Origin: an uncultured Solibacteraceae bacterium
GTDB lineage: Bacteria; Acidobacteriota; Vicinamibacteria; Vicinamibacterales; SCN-69-37
Direction: 5' to 3'
Assembly (NCBI GenBank): GCA_964423815.1
Contig: CAYRGW010000009.1
Coordinates: forward strand, 3,467-67,466
Length of the DNA stretch: 64,000 nucleotides
Shown: piece after piece, positions 49,003 to 61,070 of the stretch
Layout of the letters: every line of letters begins with the position of its first letter
Position numbering within the stretch: the first letter of the stretch is position 1
Notes under the pieces: model-generated
The model's database searches: none
What the model was told of the DNA's origin: nothing
What the model saw: only the letters and a program-made list of their open reading frames with translations
Position numbers and translations under genes: made by a program

Positions 49003-51291
49003 CATCTCGCCGTCACGCGCGCGAAGCACGCGGGCGATCGTCGTCAAAATGGCCTCCGCCGTGTACGGCTTGTGCACAAATTCCTCGACCCCGGCGCCCA
49101 GCGCGCGGGCGATGCCACCGTTGGACGCCATGCCGCTCGACCCGATGATTGTGGCCGACGGATTGATGGCCCGCAGGGCGATGATGAGGGCGGGGCCGTC
49201 CATGATCGGCATCGCCATGTCGGTCAGGACGAGGGCGATCTCGCGCACCTGCCTGGCGTAGATCGCGATCGCCTCCGCGCCGTTGGCCGCGAGCAACACA
49301 CGATACCCAAACCGTTCGAGCGTCCGCCGCGCGACCTCACGAATCGCCGCTTCGTCATCAACGACGAGGATCAGTTCCCCACGGCCCATCGGCAGCCGTC
49401 GTTGTTCCGACTCCACTTGGATGGTCTCGGGTTCGGCCACCTCGGCCGGCAGGTAGAGGTGGAATCTTGTGCCCAGGCCCGGTTCGCTGTACACGTTGAT
49501 GAATCCGCGATGACTCCGCACGATCGCCATGGTGGTGGAGAGTCCGAGCCCGGTACCCTTGCCGACTTCCTTCGTCGTGAAAAACGGCTCAAACATCCGA
49601 TCACGGATCTCTTTCGGAATCCCCGTGCCTGAGTCGACCACCTTCACCTTGATGTAGGCGCCGTGCCGCGCGTCCGCATTCATGGCGGCATAGGTGTCAT
49701 CAAGGACGACATTCTCCACGCCGATGACCAGGCGACCGCCGTCGGGCATCGCATCGCGCGCGTTCACACAGAGGTTCATGAACACCTGATGGAGTTGAGT
49801 CGGATCGCCGGAGACATACCAGGGGTGTTCAGGCGCCTCGAGGCGAATCTCAATCGACTTCGGAAACGTATCGCGCAGCACCTTGAGCAGGTCCTTGATG
49901 AGCGGCACCAGACTGACGGGCACACGATCCCCATCCACACCGCGCGCAAACGACAGGACCTGCCGGACCAGATCCGCGCCGCGATGGGCGCTCTCGTTCA
50001 GGATGTCGAGCAGGGGCACAGCATCCTGGTCGGTCACGATTTCACGCAGGGATTCAATCGACATCATGATCGGCGCGAGCACGTTGTTGAGGTCGTGCGC
50101 GATGCCGCCGGCCAGGGTGCCCACACTTTCGAGCCGCTGCGCGCGCAACGACTGCTCCTGCAGTCGCCGCTTCCCGGTGACATCGGTGTCAATGATGAGC
50201 ACGGACGTGGGATTTCCGTCACCGTCGCGCACTAGCGTCCACCGCGACGCGACCGTCACCCTCCGGTCGCGCGTCTTTTTCTCCAGCTCCCCGATCCATT
50301 CGCCGTGTTCAAGGAGCGCGTGTGTCGCCGCGTCGTAGTGGGCCGGCTCCACCGCGAGCAACGTCCGCGCGTTCTGATTGAGCACCTCATCGCGGGACCA
50401 GCCGAACAACCGCGTCGCACTCCGATTCCAGTACAGGATGTTGTGCTCAAGGTCCCGTACCATGATGGCGTCGTTGGCCTGATCGAGCAGCGCGGCCTGT
50501 TCGATCAGACGCGCCTCCACGATACGCCGCTTGGTGATGTCGAGCGCCGTGCCCACCACCCGGAACACCGTGCCGTCGGCATCACAGATGGGAAACGCGC
50601 GATCGTGAATCCACCGCAACGTCCCGTCGGGACGCACCACGCGATAGATCTGATCGTACTTGCCGTTGACTTGATTGATCCGCAGACCCGTCGCCACACG
50701 CTCGCGGTCATCAGGATGAATGGCCTCAAGCCAGTCGCCCGGCGACGAAACGAGCGCCTCGACGGGTCGCCCCCACACCGTCGTGTACGCCGGACTGACG
50801 TACTCCAGGCGCTCGGCGGCGGCGTCCCAGACCCAGAACACCTCCGCGATGTTTTCCGCCAGGTGCCGGAATCGCTCTTCACTCTCGCGCAGTCGCCGCT
50901 CGGCCGCCAGTCGCGCGGTCACATCATGCGCAAGCACGAGCCGCGCGGGTCGCCCGGCAAACATGACGGCGTCGGAGACCACCTCGACGTCAATCATCGT
51001 GCCGTCCTTCTTGCAGTGCCGCCAGAGGCCGGACCGTTTGCCGACCGATTCGATACCGTGGACACTTGCGATCAACAGCGGCAGGTCTTCGGCCGGACGA
51101 ATATCGCGGATCGTCATCGCGAGAAATTCGGATTCCGCGTAGCCGTAGTGATCGAGGGCCGCCTGGTTGACGGCCACAAACTGCAGCGTCTCGACGTCGT
51201 AGGCCCACATCGGGTGTGGATTGTGGGCAAACAGCAGCCGGTACTGTTCTGCGTCGTCGGCGCGCGGAGAAGGAGGTTGGGGCATGTTCAC
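48985..51291 (-). CDS. Triple-PAS hybrid histidine kinase with receiver
   Basis: Three PAS domains, [27 protein letters not shown]-terminal REC. Confidence 0.92.
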   Translation of the reverse strand: MNMPQPPSPRADDAEQYRLLFAHNPHPMWAYDVETLQFVAVNQAALDHYGYAESEFLAMTIRDIRPAEDLPLLIASVHGIESVGKRSGLWRHCKKDGTMIDVEVVSDAVMFAGRPARLVLAHDVTARLAAERRLRESEERFRHLAENIAEVFWVWDAAAERLEYVSPAYTTVWGRPVEALVSSPGDWLEAIHPDDRERVATGLRINQVNGKYDQIYRVVRPDGTLRWIHDRAFPICDADGTVFRVVGTALDITKRRIVEARLIEQAALLDQANDAIMVRDLEHNILYWNRSATRLFGWSRDEVLNQNARTLLAVEPAHYDAATHALLEHGEWIGELEKKTRDRRVTVASRWTLVRDGDGNPTSVLIIDTDVTGKRRLQEQSLRAQRLESVGTLAGGIAHDLNNVLAPIMMSIESLREIVTDQDAVPLLDILNESAHRGADLVRQVLSFARGVDGDRVPVSLVPLIKDLLKVLRDTFPKSIEIRLEAPEHPWYVSGDPTQLHQVFMNLCVNARDAMPDGGRLVIGVENVVLDDTYAAMNADARHGAYIKVKVVDSGTGIPKEIRDRMFEPFFTTKEVGKGTGLGLSTTMAIVRSHRGFINVYSEPGLGTRFHLYLPAEVAEPETIQVESEQRRLPMGRGELILVVDDEAAIREVARRTLERFGYRVLLAANGAEAIAIYARQVREIALVLTDMAMPIMDGPALIIALRAINPSATIIGSSGMASNGGIARALGAGVEEFVHKPYTAEAILTTIARVLRARDGEMSDEPS

Positions 51292-53228
51292 GACGCGTCG
51301 AGTACGGTTCTGACCTTCCGCGCCAGGTCCGCCATCGTAAACGGCTTGGGCAGGAATCGTCCGTCGAGCACCGCGGCCCCCTGGCGGGACAGGTTGTCGG
51401 GCAGGTATCCCGATGCAAACAACACGCGCAGGTTGGGCCGGTGCCGTCGCAGTTGTTCAAACAGTTCCGGCCCGGTCAATCCCGGCATCACGACGTCGGT
51501 CACCAGCAGGTGGAGCCGGCCCAGATGGCGGTCGGCGATGGCCTGGGCCTCGATCGCATCGGCTGCCGCAAACACGCGGTAGCCGGCGCGCTCCAGTGCC
51601 TGTGTCGCCGCCCGCCGCAGCGACGGCTCATCCTCGGCGAGCAACACGACCTCACCGGGTTTGGCGGTGGGACGCTCCTTCACGACGTCGGTCACACGCG
51701 GCGCACCGCGACCGGCCAGGCGCGGCAGATAGACACGCACCGTCGTGCCCAGCCCCACCTCGCTGTACACGGCGATGTGGCCGCCGCTTTGGGCGACGAT
51801 GCCGTGGACGACCGCCAATCCGAGACCGGTGCCTTTGCCCTCCGCTTTTGTGCTGAAGAATGGCTCGAACACCCGGGCCATCGTCTCGCGAGTCATGCCG
51901 CTGCCGCTGTCGGCGACCGCCACAACGGCGTACGTCCCGGACGGAATTGCGCCGTGCGGGGCGTGCACGGGTTCGTCCAGATCAACGTTTTCGGTGTGCA
52001 CGGTGAGCCGGCCACCTGTCGGCATCGCATCGCGCGCGTTCACACACAGGTTCAGCAGGACCTGCTCCAATTGGGTCGCGTCAGCCGTCACTGCGTCGAG
52101 ATCGGCATCAAGATCGAGAACGATCTCCACCTGCTCTCCGCCCAGGCGACGCAGCAGGGACTCCTGGCTGCGAATCAACTCGTTCAGGTTGACCGACTGG
52201 GTCACCAGCGTCTGCCGCCGGCCCAGTGCCAGGAGTTGCCGGGTCAATGCGGCGCCCTGTTGAGCGGCGCCCGTAATGTCATCGAGGAACGGCCACAGAG
52301 CTTCGGGGCCATCGTCGCGCGCGAGACCCGCGCTCAGGATCACGACGGACAGCAGGTTGTTGAAGTCGTGTGCGACGCCGCCGGCCAGCCGCGCCACCAG
52401 TTCCATCTTCTGCGCCTGACGCAGCTGCTCTTCAAGGGCACGCCGGGCCTCGCGGTCCGCGACCGCGGCGGCCATGTCCATCACAAACGCCGCCCCTTCC
52501 TCTGGCGAAGTGCCAAGCACCACCGACCCAATCAACACGGGGCGGAGGTCTCCCTGTTTCGTGCGGATCTGCATTTCCGCCGCCGCACTGATTCCGTGAG
52601 CCTCCAGTTCCCGATGGATCGCGGCCTGCACATCCACAAAGTGCGCCGGAACCAGTGAACGCCAGTTGATGCGGCCCTCACGGAGGTCCTCCGTCGAAAA
52701 CCCCGTCAGCCGCAGGTACTCCGCGTTCGCATCGAGCACCGTGCCATCCTGCCGCCAGAACACCATGCCGAGCATGCTGGATTCGAACACCCGCCGCAGC
52801 CGGGTCTCCATCACCCGCAGCGCATCCGCCGTTCGGCGATGGTGCCTGCGATCGGCCGCATCCTTCACCTCGCGGAGAACGGCCGGGGCCAGCCGGGTGA
52901 GGTTGTCCTTCAGGACGTAGTCATGTGCCCCGGCACGCATCGCCGCGACCGCCACTTCTTCGCCGATGGACCCGGACACAAACAGGAACGGCAGATCCGG
53001 ATCGTGCTCACGCACGGCCCGCAGAACGTCGAGCCCGTCGTGGCCCGGCAGACCGAAGTCGCTCAGCACCACATCCCACGGCCCGCCCGCCAACGCGGCG
53101 TGCACATCGGCCAGCAGCTCCACACACTGCGCCTCGACCGGGCAACCCCGTCGGTGGAGCTCCGCAAGAACCAGTTCGGCATCATCCGGATTGTCTTCCA
53201 CCAGCAACAGGCGCAGGGGGGAGCTCAT
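51288..53228 (-). CDS. REC-PAS-histidine kinase-REC hybrid
   Basis: [33 protein letters not shown]. Confidence 0.92.
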   Translation of the reverse strand: MSSPLRLLLVEDNPDDAELVLAELHRRGCPVEAQCVELLADVHAALAGGPWDVVLSDFGLPGHDGLDVLRAVREHDPDLPFLFVSGSIGEEVAVAAMRAGAHDYVLKDNLTRLAPAVLREVKDAADRRHHRRTADALRVMETRLRRVFESSMLGMVFWRQDGTVLDANAEYLRLTGFSTEDLREGRINWRSLVPAHFVDVQAAIHRELEAHGISAAAEMQIRTKQGDLRPVLIGSVVLGTSPEEGAAFVMDMAAAVADREARRALEEQLRQAQKMELVARLAGGVAHDFNNLLSVVILSAGLARDDGPEALWPFLDDITGAAQQGAALTRQLLALGRRQTLVTQSVNLNELIRSQESLLRRLGGEQVEIVLDLDADLDAVTADATQLEQVLLNLCVNARDAMPTGGRLTVHTENVDLDEPVHAPHGAIPSGTYAVVAVADSGSGMTRETMARVFEPFFSTKAEGKGTGLGLAVVHGIVAQSGGHIAVYSEVGLGTTVRVYLPRLAGRGAPRVTDVVKERPTAKPGEVVLLAEDEPSLRRAATQALERAGYRVFAAADAIEAQAIADRHLGRLHLLVTDVVMPGLTGPELFEQLRRHRPNLRVLFASGYLPDNLSRQGAAVLDGRFLPKPFTMADLARKVRTVLDAS

Positions 53229-53668
53229 CGCGGCCCTGCTTTTGGCGCTTCGTTCAGGAGGAGCCAGTACAGACCCAATTGCCGCACCGATTCAGCGAAC
53301 TCGCCGAAGACCACGGGTTTGCGGACATAACTGTTCGCCCCAAGGTCGTAACTTTCGGCGATGTCCTGTTCCTCGCCTGACGAGGTGAGGATGACCACCG
53401 GCAGCCGCTGCGTCCGTTCATCCGCGCGGATGCGTGCGAGCACCTCGAGCCCCGACACCTTCGGCAGCTTCAGATCGAGCAACACCAGTCTGGGCAGTTG
53501 CAGGGGGTCACGCCCCACGTGGGCGCCGGTGGCGAACAGATACTCAAGCGCCTCGGCCCCATCGGCCACGGCGATCACCTCATTGGCCAGCAGATGCCGG
53601 CGGAGCACACGCAGCGTCAGGTCCCGATCATCCGGGTTGTCCTCCACGAGCAGAATCGGATCAGCCAT
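53225..53668 (-). CDS. Single-domain response regulator (Rcp1-like)
   Basis: [37 protein letters not shown] at 53668. Confidence 0.9.
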   Translation of the reverse strand: MADPILLVEDNPDDRDLTLRVLRRHLLANEVIAVADGAEALEYLFATGAHVGRDPLQLPRLVLLDLKLPKVSGLEVLARIRADERTQRLPVVILTSSGEEQDIAESYDLGANSYVRKPVVFGEFAESVRQLGLYWLLLNEAPKAGPR

Positions 53669-55466
53669 GGCTGCCCTCCAGCGTGAAATAAAACGTCGCG
53701 CCGCCGTCCGGGACGGCGTCGGCCCAGATCCGGCCCCCATGCCGTTCGATCACACGCTGCACGATGGCGAGGCCCACACCGGTGCCCGGGAACTGATCCA
53801 TCGAGTGGAGGCGTTGAAAGATGCCGAACAGTTTGCCGGCGTGCGCCATGTCGAATCCCACTCCGTTATCGCGCACAAAATATGTCACCGCGCCACCCGT
53901 ATGCTCCGCACCACACTCGATGCGCGCCTGTGGGCGGGTGCCCGTGAACTTCCACGCGTTCTCCACCAGGTTCTGCACCGCCATGGTTAACAGTCGGGGA
54001 TCGCCGTCCACCTTCAAGTCGGGATGGATCACCACGTCAACGGTCCGGCCCGGCTCGCGTTCTCTCAACTCGTTCACGGCGCGTTCCGCCAAATCGTTCA
54101 GGGCGACGGGCCGGACGGTCAACTCCACACGCGAGACCTTGGCAAGTTCAAGCAGGTCCGTGATCAACTGGTCCATGCGTTTGGCCGCGCGACGCACCCG
54201 ACGCAGGTACGCCATTGCGTGCTGATCCAATTGGTGCGCATGTTCGCTTTCCAGTGCTTCGCTGAACCCATCGATGCTGCGCAGCGGCGCGCGGAGGTCG
54301 TGCGAGATCGTGTAACAGAATGACTCCAGCTCGCGGTTGGATCCTTCCAGTTGCCGCGCATGTGCGCGCACCTGCGCAAGGGCAGTGGTCAATTCGTCGG
54401 TGCGCTCCTGCACCCGGGCTTCGAGCTGCCGACGTCCGTCTGTGACGCGCCGGGCCATGATGTTGAACGCCGCCGCGAGGTTCCCGATCTCGTCGGGCCT
54501 CGTAAACGGCACTTCGGGCGTCAGGGTCCCGTCGGCGACCTCGGTCGCGGCCCGGGTCAACGCGCGCAGCGGGCCCAACATGCGCCGACTGATCACCCAG
54601 CCTCCGAACGTGCCCAGCGCCGTCAGCAACAGCGCCACCACCGACGTGTTCTTGAGCAGCGACCACGAGGGGCCAAACACCACAGACGCGGGAAACTCCA
54701 CGCGCAGCGACCACGGCATGCCCTCGATCGAGTGCAGCGCGCCCATCCATGGCTGGTTGTCGTGGCGCACCCAATACACGCCCCGGTCATCCGACTCCAC
54801 CCCAAGGGGCGCCTCGATGGCGTCGCCCAGCAGGTCCACCCACACACCACCGGGTTGCCCGACGAGGATCCGGGTGCGGGGACCGATGAGCTGCTCCAGC
54901 AATTCCCGCGAACCGCCCCCGGACACGACACGTCGACGAGTGACAAAAAATCCAACCAGCTCGCCGTCCACCCGTACAGGAGCCGCAATGGCGTAGATCC
55001 CGGTGCCGTCGCTGGCCACCGGTGGACTCATCTTTACACCCTCCTGCGAGGCCCAGCGGGGGAAGCCGTCCCACGGTGCGGGCATGGTGGGCGCGCCCTC
55101 GGCAGCGACCGACAGCACCGCGGCACCGGCGGCCGTCCAGACCTGCACCCCGAAGGTTTGAGGCAGGTCCTTCAGACGTGTCTCAAATCGCTGCCGCAGT
55201 TCGTCGGGAGGCTGACGGCCACTCACCACCTCGATCAGGTCGGCGTCGGCGGCCGAGGCCTCGGCCTGCCGCATCAGTGCCGTGGCGTTTTCCTGAAGGT
55301 TGGATCCGAGTTGGCGGACAAGGGTTTGCAGGCGAAGCTCTGCTGTCTCGACCGCTCCGCGTCTCGATTCCCCGTAGGTCAGCGCCACAAGCGCGCCCGA
55401 GATCAGAAGCAGCAGCACGGCGACCGCGAACGGAAGCCGCCAGTCGAGCCGGTGAAAATTCAGCAA
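53661..55466 (-). CDS. Membrane sensor histidine kinase (periplasmic domain, HAMP)
   Basis: Two [46 protein letters not shown]. Start uncertain. Confidence 0.88.
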   Translation of the reverse strand: MLNFHRLDWRLPFAVAVLLLLISGALVALTYGESRRGAVETAELRLQTLVRQLGSNLQENATALMRQAEASAADADLIEVVSGRQPPDELRQRFETRLKDLPQTFGVQVWTAAGAAVLSVAAEGAPTMPAPWDGFPRWASQEGVKMSPPVASDGTGIYAIAAPVRVDGELVGFFVTRRRVVSGGGSRELLEQLIGPRTRILVGQPGGVWVDLLGDAIEAPLGVESDDRGVYWVRHDNQPWMGALHSIEGMPWSLRVEFPASVVFGPSWSLLKNTSVVALLLTALGTFGGWVISRRMLGPLRALTRAATEVADGTLTPEVPFTRPDEIGNLAAAFNIMARRVTDGRRQLEARVQERTDELTTALAQVRAHARQLEGSNRELESFCYTISHDLRAPLRSIDGFSEALESEHAHQLDQHAMAYLRRVRRAAKRMDQLITDLLELAKVSRVELTVRPVALNDLAERAVNELREREPGRTVDVVIHPDLKVDGDPRLLTMAVQNLVENAWKFTGTRPQARIECGAEHTGGAVTYFVRDNGVGFDMAHAGKLFGIFQRLHSMDQFPGTGVGLAIVQRVIERHGGRIWADAVPDGGATFYFTLEGSHG

Positions 55467-55516
55467 CGACGCTCCATGGGAGGGACCAGCCTACCGGCGA
55501 GTCCGGAGAGGGTCTA

Positions 55517-55555
55517 TCGGGGGATACCCCTACAAGCCCCCGGGGTAAACCCCCG
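55517..55555. promoter_or_regulatory. Tandem palindromic operator candidates CGGGG-N4-CCCC
   Basis: CGGGGGATACCCC (55518-30) and CGGGGTAAACCCC (55541-53), offset 23 bp, upstream of the HAMP kinase operon. Confidence 0.45.
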
Positions 55556-55558
55556 CCG

Positions 55559-56224
55559 TCAATCCTCGGAGGAAATCAGGCCTTCCCGCATGGCATACCG
55601 CACCAGCGCCGTCAGATCGCTGACGCCGAGTCGCCGCATGATCTGGGACCGGTGGGCCTCGACAGTCTTGACGCTCAGGTCCAGCAGGCTCGCGACCTCC
55701 TTGGACGTGCGGCCTTCCGCGATGAGCTGCAGAATCTCGCGTTGCCGTGAAGTCAGTGCGGGTGATCGCACGGTCGTGCCCGACACACGGCCCAGATACT
55801 CATCGATCACCTGCCGGGACACACCGGGCGTGAGGTAGTGGTGGCCGTCGGCCACCGATCGAATCCCGAACTCCAGCTCCGCGATATCGGCGCCCTTGAG
55901 CACGTAACCCGACGCCCCGGCTTGCAGAGCTTGCGCAACGTACTCCTCACTGCTGTGGACCGAGAGGATGATCACGCGGGTGTGCGGCAGACGGGCGACG
56001 ATTCGAGCCGTGGCCTCGATGCCGTTCAACATCGGCATCGAAATGTCCATCAGGACGAGGTCCGGATGCAGGCTCTCGGCCAGGGCTACCGCGTCACGCC
56101 CGTTGCCGGCCTCCCCCACCACTTCAAAATCCTCCGACCGCGACAACAGCGCGCGCAGGCCCGACCGCACCAGCGTGTGATCTTCGGCCAGCAGGATACG
56201 AATAGGCGTGGCGTGACCGGTCAT
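55559..56224 (-). CDS. NarL/FixJ family response regulator
   Basis: AEDHTLVRSG, MDISMP, LTSRQREIL..TVEAHR LuxR HTH. Confidence 0.95.
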   Translation of the reverse strand: MTGHATPIRILLAEDHTLVRSGLRALLSRSEDFEVVGEAGNGRDAVALAESLHPDLVLMDISMPMLNGIEATARIVARLPHTRVIILSVHSSEEYVAQALQAGASGYVLKGADIAELEFGIRSVADGHHYLTPGVSRQVIDEYLGRVSGTTVRSPALTSRQREILQLIAEGRTSKEVASLLDLSVKTVEAHRSQIMRRLGVSDLTALVRYAMREGLISSED

Positions 56225-57723
56225 GCGCCTGTGTCCTTTCGAACCGGGAATCGTGCAAACACCGTGGTGCCTGTGCCCGGCACCGACTCCACCCGCACCT
56301 CACCTCCGACCATCGCGGCACGTTCGTGCAACCCCAACAGCCCGATCCCCGCTCGCGCGCCTGCCTCGATCCGTCGCAGGTCGAACCCGACGCCATTGTC
56401 GGACACCGTGATGTGCACGCCGCCCGGCCCATCAACGACGGTGACGGCCACGTCCGTCGCGCGGGCATGCCGCACGATATTGTTCATCGCCTCCAGCACG
56501 AGGCGAAAACACGCGGCCTCAATCTGGCTGGGCAACCTCTGGTCGCCCATCTCGACCTGCAGCGAGACCCGGAATCCGGCGCGACGCGCGGTCCGATCGA
56601 CGTGCTGCCGCAAGGCCGACGTCAGCCCCAGGTCGTCGAGAATCGCGGGATGCAGTTCAAACGACAGGTCGCGTACGGTCCGCAGCAGACCGTCGACCGT
56701 CTTGATCTGCTCCGCCAGCGGAGCCCGGGCCACATCTGCGCCCATCTGCGCCTGCACGCCCTCCAGTCCCATCTTGACCGCCGTCAGCGTCTGCCCCACA
56801 TCGTCATGCAGGCCGCGTGCAATCAGGCGGCGTTCGTTCTCGTGGGCTTTCAGTACACGTCGTGATAGTTCGGCCAGCCGATCCCGGTTCTCTCCCAGGG
56901 AGGACTGTGCCGCCGCAAGCACGAGCCCCTTCACCGCAATCAGCCCGATAAACAGCTGAAGGAGAAAAAGGTTGTGCACCGCAGAGAACTTGACAAACGG
57001 TCCCGACAGCGTCGCCGTGCTGACGGCCGCAATCCCGGTCACCACCAGTGTGGACATGACCGCACCGGCGGCACCCATACGCAGCGCGATCAGGGCCGTC
57101 AGCGGAGAGACGGCGTACACGTACGGCACCGAAATCGAAAACAGCGCAACCGTCAACACGATCAGCGCGATCAGGAGGGACGGGGCTTCCCAGCGTTGTT
57201 GTCGAGGGGGCCACAACCGACCGGCCTTGGCGAGCAGCAGCACGGGGGCGACGATGAGGACGCCAAGCGCATCCCCCGACCACCACACGGCAATGAGTCG
57301 CACGGCGTCGGACCATGCCGCCGATCCAGCGGCAATCAACGCACTCACGCCCCAGAGCGCGCCGACGACAGTCGGACCGACCGCGGCCGCGACAAGTGCG
57401 CCCACATCGGACAGCCGTCCCAGGCCGGGACTGATCGCCGCCCGCGAGAGTATCCACGCGCCAATGGCCGGGCTGACCGTGTTCCCGAAGGCGATCGCGA
57501 TGGCGGCCGGCAGCGGCACCCCCATGAGGGTGTTGATGATGACCGCACCGAGCCACACGCCTGGAGCGAGCCGGTATTGCCAGAAAAACAACAGCACCAG
57601 CGCGAGACCGGCGGGCGGCCAGATCCCCGTGACGACCGGATGCAGCGGCATCACCTGCAACCCGAGCCAGCCCAGCGCCACATAGGCCCAGGCGGCCAGA
57701 AGATTTGCCGCGATCGTGGTCAT
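56221..57723 (-). CDS. MASE1-domain NarX-type sensor kinase
   Basis: IWPPAG, WWSGDALG (MASE1); ERRLIARGLHDDVGQ, EAMNNIVRHA, DNGVGF. Confidence 0.9.
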   Translation of the reverse strand: MTTIAANLLAAWAYVALGWLGLQVMPLHPVVTGIWPPAGLALVLLFFWQYRLAPGVWLGAVIINTLMGVPLPAAIAIAFGNTVSPAIGAWILSRAAISPGLGRLSDVGALVAAAVGPTVVGALWGVSALIAAGSAAWSDAVRLIAVWWSGDALGVLIVAPVLLLAKAGRLWPPRQQRWEAPSLLIALIVLTVALFSISVPYVYAVSPLTALIALRMGAAGAVMSTLVVTGIAAVSTATLSGPFVKFSAVHNLFLLQLFIGLIAVKGLVLAAAQSSLGENRDRLAELSRRVLKAHENERRLIARGLHDDVGQTLTAVKMGLEGVQAQMGADVARAPLAEQIKTVDGLLRTVRDLSFELHPAILDDLGLTSALRQHVDRTARRAGFRVSLQVEMGDQRLPSQIEAACFRLVLEAMNNIVRHARATDVAVTVVDGPGGVHITVSDNGVGFDLRRIEAGARAGIGLLGLHERAAMVGGEVRVESVPGTGTTVFARFPVRKDTGA

Positions 57724-57735
57724 GCCGTGGACGGC

Positions 57736-58713
57736 CTACCCTGGAGCCGCTCCCGCGTTGGCGAGCGCGACAATCGTCTCCGGCGCCACGTTGCCGCCGC
57801 TCACAATGGCGACGACGGGGCCCTTGGGAGAGACGAGTGGCCCGCCCGCTGTGGGCCACAAAATCGCGGCGGTGGTGGCGGCCCCACTGGGTTCCACCAC
57901 CTGCTTCGCTTCAAAGAACAACCACATCGCGCCACGCGCGATCGCGGCATCATCAATCGTGATGACGTGATCGACAAACGCCTGAGCGTGAGCGAACGTG
58001 ATCTCTCCGGGGCGCACGGGCATCAGACCATCGGCAATACTCGACACACTGTCGAGTGTGATGGGGTGCCCTGCAGCGAGCGAGCGTGACATCTTGGGCG
58101 CGCCTGCGGGCTCGACGCCGATCACGGTCACGTCGGGCTTCGCCTGTTTGAGCGCGGCGGCCACCCCGGCCAGCAGTCCGCCCCCGCCCACCGGAACAAC
58201 GACGGTGCCGACGTCGGGCACCTGTTCAAGAATCTCGAGCGCGCAGGTGCCCTGTCCGATGATCACGGCCTCGTGATCAAACGGCGGCACCATCGTCAGC
58301 CCGCGGGTCTCGACCTCATGTTTTGCGCGCTTGAGCCGGTCGGCGGAGGTGGTGCCCTCAAGAATCACCTCGCCGCCCCATCGTTTGACGCCCGCGATTT
58401 TGATCGCCGGCGCGGTGGTCGGCATGACGATCACGGCCTTCACGCCGCGCCGATGCGCGGCCAGTGCCACGGCCTGGCCGTGATTGCCGGAGGAATACGT
58501 GACGACACCCTTGGCGAGCGCCTCGGGCGAAAGACCGGCCAACATGTTTGACGCGCCGCGAATCTTGAACGCGCCACCGGGCTGGTGATGTTCACACTTG
58601 AGCAGGAGCGACCGACCCGCCAGATCGGAGACATCCAGCACCGGCGTCCTGCGCACGTCGCCGACGATGCGGGTGGCGGCAGCACGAATGGCGTCCAGGG
58701 TGACGAGGGCCAT
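57736..58713 (-). CDS. Threonine/serine dehydratase (PLP, no ACT domain)
   Basis: GAFKIRGA, SSGNHGQ, PVGGGGL, EPSGA, SGGN. Confidence 0.9.
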   Translation of the reverse strand: MALVTLDAIRAAATRIVGDVRRTPVLDVSDLAGRSLLLKCEHHQPGGAFKIRGASNMLAGLSPEALAKGVVTYSSGNHGQAVALAAHRRGVKAVIVMPTTAPAIKIAGVKRWGGEVILEGTTSADRLKRAKHEVETRGLTMVPPFDHEAVIIGQGTCALEILEQVPDVGTVVVPVGGGGLLAGVAAALKQAKPDVTVIGVEPAGAPKMSRSLAAGHPITLDSVSSIADGLMPVRPGEITFAHAQAFVDHVITIDDAAIARGAMWLFFEAKQVVEPSGAATTAAILWPTAGGPLVSPKGPVVAIVSGGNVAPETIVALANAGAAPG

Positions 58714-58934
58714 CAGTCGTTCACTTCCGACGCGGCCGTGCTCAGGACTTCGCCGGCAATCACGGCGTCCTCTGACGCGACGAGCAACTCGACGCCACCT
58801 TTGAAGGGATACACGCCGCCACAATCATCGGCCCGGATGCTGGCGTCGATGCCGGCGGCGGCCAGTGCTGTACTGGCGAGATCCGCCTCGATGTGTGTTG
58901 TAAATGTGCGCACCACCACCCAGTCTTCGTTCAT
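58713..58934 (-). CDS. DUF2007-like small protein
   Basis: WVVVRTF..EADLA..L.AAGI..GVELLV..DA..A.EVL. Confidence 0.75.
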   Translation of the reverse strand: MNEDWVVVRTFTTHIEADLASTALAAAGIDASIRADDCGGVYPFKGGVELLVASEDAVIAGEVLSTAASEVND

Positions 58935-59761
58935 CGCGATCCTCCCGTGCCCCTGGCCTTCATGTAGGCATCGTATCGAAGTCGCAACGTTTTCACCGGA
59001 TTGGGATTTTCGTTCGGCAGGATGTTCTCATCGGTGACATCGAGAAACATCGTGTACTGACCGTCGCTGTGGGACTCGCCGTTCTTGTCGCCGGTCTCGG
59101 CGCGAAGAATATACGCGACGTACGCCGTGCGGCTCTCACACACCGCGGTCGCCGCCGTCTGGGGACCACGTGCACATGAGCATCGGCTGTCGCCGCCGTT
59201 TTTGTCTGCCGCTTCCATCGCCGCCATCACACGGTCGGTGAGCACGCCCGTGTTGGCGATGAAGGCCTTGACGGCATCATTCACGACCTCCGCGTTGGTG
59301 AGGATGTTGCCCTGGATGGAATAGAAGATCCCGGTGCCGGCGACCTGGCCCTGGACATCGAGCGAGGTCTTGCCGTTGGTGGCCCCGGAAAAACCCGCGT
59401 ATCGTCCCTGCAGATCGAGGATGCCGAACTGTCGGCTTTCGATGCGCGGGTCAGCCTTAAGAAGCGCGATGATGTCGGCCGGCGCCGTGCCCTTCTCGAG
59501 CTCGCGGAAGATCAACATCTGATTGGCGCGTGTGCCATCCACCCCGGCTTGTGCCGCGGCGATGCCTTTGCCCGGCACGACCACCGCCTGGATCCCCTTC
59601 AGCCCGCCCCGCGACGTCAGGCCCTGCCCGGTCACACACGTGGCCGAGGCAATAACCAGTGAACCGGTCGCGCGATCAAGCGCCACCACCGACCATGTCG
59701 CAAACGCGGGAGTGGCCACAAGCGTGATGAGCCACGTGAGCAGGATCAATTTGATGCGCAT
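58931..59761 (-). CDS. DUF1028 family secreted Ntn-hydrolase-like protein
   Basis: AFA|TWSVVA, RQFGILD, QGNIL, GGDSRC. Confidence 0.85.
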   Translation of the reverse strand: MRIKLILLTWLITLVATPAFATWSVVALDRATGSLVIASATCVTGQGLTSRGGLKGIQAVVVPGKGIAAAQAGVDGTRANQMLIFRELEKGTAPADIIALLKADPRIESRQFGILDLQGRYAGFSGATNGKTSLDVQGQVAGTGIFYSIQGNILTNAEVVNDAVKAFIANTGVLTDRVMAAMEAADKNGGDSRCSCARGPQTAATAVCESRTAYVAYILRAETGDKNGESHSDGQYTMFLDVTDENILPNENPNPVKTLRLRYDAYMKARGTGGSR

Positions 59762-59803
59762 GCGGCGCAGTATAACGCGCACCTGTTAGGCTTGGCGGCA
59801 CAC

Positions 59804-61030
59804 ATGCACCTGTCGTTGCTCGACCATCCACGCGGCCGGACGGCTGTCTTTGCGGTCCTCTACGCCAGTGAGGGTGCGCCCATCGGTTTTATCTGGTGGG
59901 CGCTGCCCACACTCCTGCGCGCGGCGGATGTGCCGGTCGCGCAGATCACGTCGCTCACCGCCGTGTTGGTCCTGCCCTGGGTGCTGAAGTTCCTCTGGGC
60001 GCCTGTGCTCGACCTGCTGCGCGGCCCACGCTGGGGGTATCGCGCGTGGATTGTGGTGTCGCAACTGGTCATGGCCGCGACATTGGTGCCGCTGGTGTGG
60101 CTGGACCCGGTCGCCAGTTTTGACTCGTGGCGACTCCTGCTGCTCATGCACGCAGTGGCCGCCGCCACGCAGGACGTGGCCATTGACGCACTCGTGATCG
60201 GCACCGCGCCGCCGCAGGAACGCGGGCGGCTCAATGGTGCCATGCAGGCGGGCATGCTCGTGGGGCGCAGTCTCTTCGGCGGCGGGGTGTTGCTGGTCGG
60301 GACCACCTTCGGCACCTCCGGGATCATCGTCGCCCTGATCGCCTGGATCTGTGTGCCGCTGCTGTTGATCTCGCTGGTGCGCGAGCCCGCGCGCCTCGTG
60401 CTGGCCAACGCCCCGGCCGCGCCGATGGGTGCGGCCCTGGCTCAGGTGTTCCGCATGCGCTCAACATGGATCGGCCTGGCGTTTGCTCTGACCGGCGCGG
60501 CGGCCTTCGAAGCGACCGGCCAACTCGCAGGCCCGTTCCTTGTGGACCGTGGTGTGGCCAGCGGCACGATTGGTGTGTTCTTCAGCGTCTATGTGGTGGC
60601 CGCCACACTCATTGGCGGGTTGCTCGGCGGGTGGTTGTCGGACCGCTGGGGCCGCACCCGCGCGCTGACGGTCTTCCTGCTCGTGATGGTGGCCACGGTG
60701 GCCACACTCGGCTGGATGGACCTGCGCGGGGGTACGCCGGCCGCGCTGCTCATCGTGATGCTGGTCGCGATGTATTTCACGGTGGGCCTGTTCACCGTCG
60801 CCAGCTACGCGTTCTTCATGGACCTGACGCACCCGCGCCTCGGCGCGACCCAGTTCACCACGTTCATGGCGGCCACCAACGGCTGCGAATCCTGGTCGGC
60901 CTGGGCCGGCGGCGCCCTCGTCGCCTCATCCGGCTACGGCTGGGCGTTCATCGTGATGGCCGGCGTGTCACTGCTCGCGCTTGGATTCCTCAGACTCGGC
61001 ACGGTTCAGAATCAGACTTTGAGTCGGTAA
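59804..61030 (+). CDS. MFS transporter, AmpG-like
   Basis: LYASEG.P.GF, LPWVLKFLWAP, ATQDVAIDA, ATQFT. Confidence 0.85.
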   Translation: MHLSLLDHPRGRTAVFAVLYASEGAPIGFIWWALPTLLRAADVPVAQITSLTAVLVLPWVLKFLWAPVLDLLRGPRWGYRAWIVVSQLVMAATLVPLVWLDPVASFDSWRLLLLMHAVAAATQDVAIDALVIGTAPPQERGRLNGAMQAGMLVGRSLFGGGVLLVGTTFGTSGIIVALIAWICVPLLLISLVREPARLVLANAPAAPMGAALAQVFRMRSTWIGLAFALTGAAAFEATGQLAGPFLVDRGVASGTIGVFFSVYVVAATLIGGLLGGWLSDRWGRTRALTVFLLVMVATVATLGWMDLRGGTPAALLIVMLVAMYFTVGLFTVASYAFFMDLTHPRLGATQFTTFMAATNGCESWSAWAGGALVASSGYGWAFIVMAGVSLLALGFLRLGTVQNQTLSR

Positions 61031-61033
61031 GGA

Positions 61034-61068
61034 TTTCAACATGGAGGGCCATGGTCCCCATGTTGAAA
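61034..61068. repeat. Short TTTCAACATG..CATGTTGAAA element
   Basis: Matches the left and right ends of the 38965-39216 element joined together; lies between convergent genes. Confidence 0.85.
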
Positions 61069-61070
61069 AA

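Noticed and set aside
55460-55477. Out-of-frame mini-ORF MERRC overlapping the kinase start, or a frameshift
   Set aside because: Cannot be distinguished from chance; the kinase is intact from TTG 55466.
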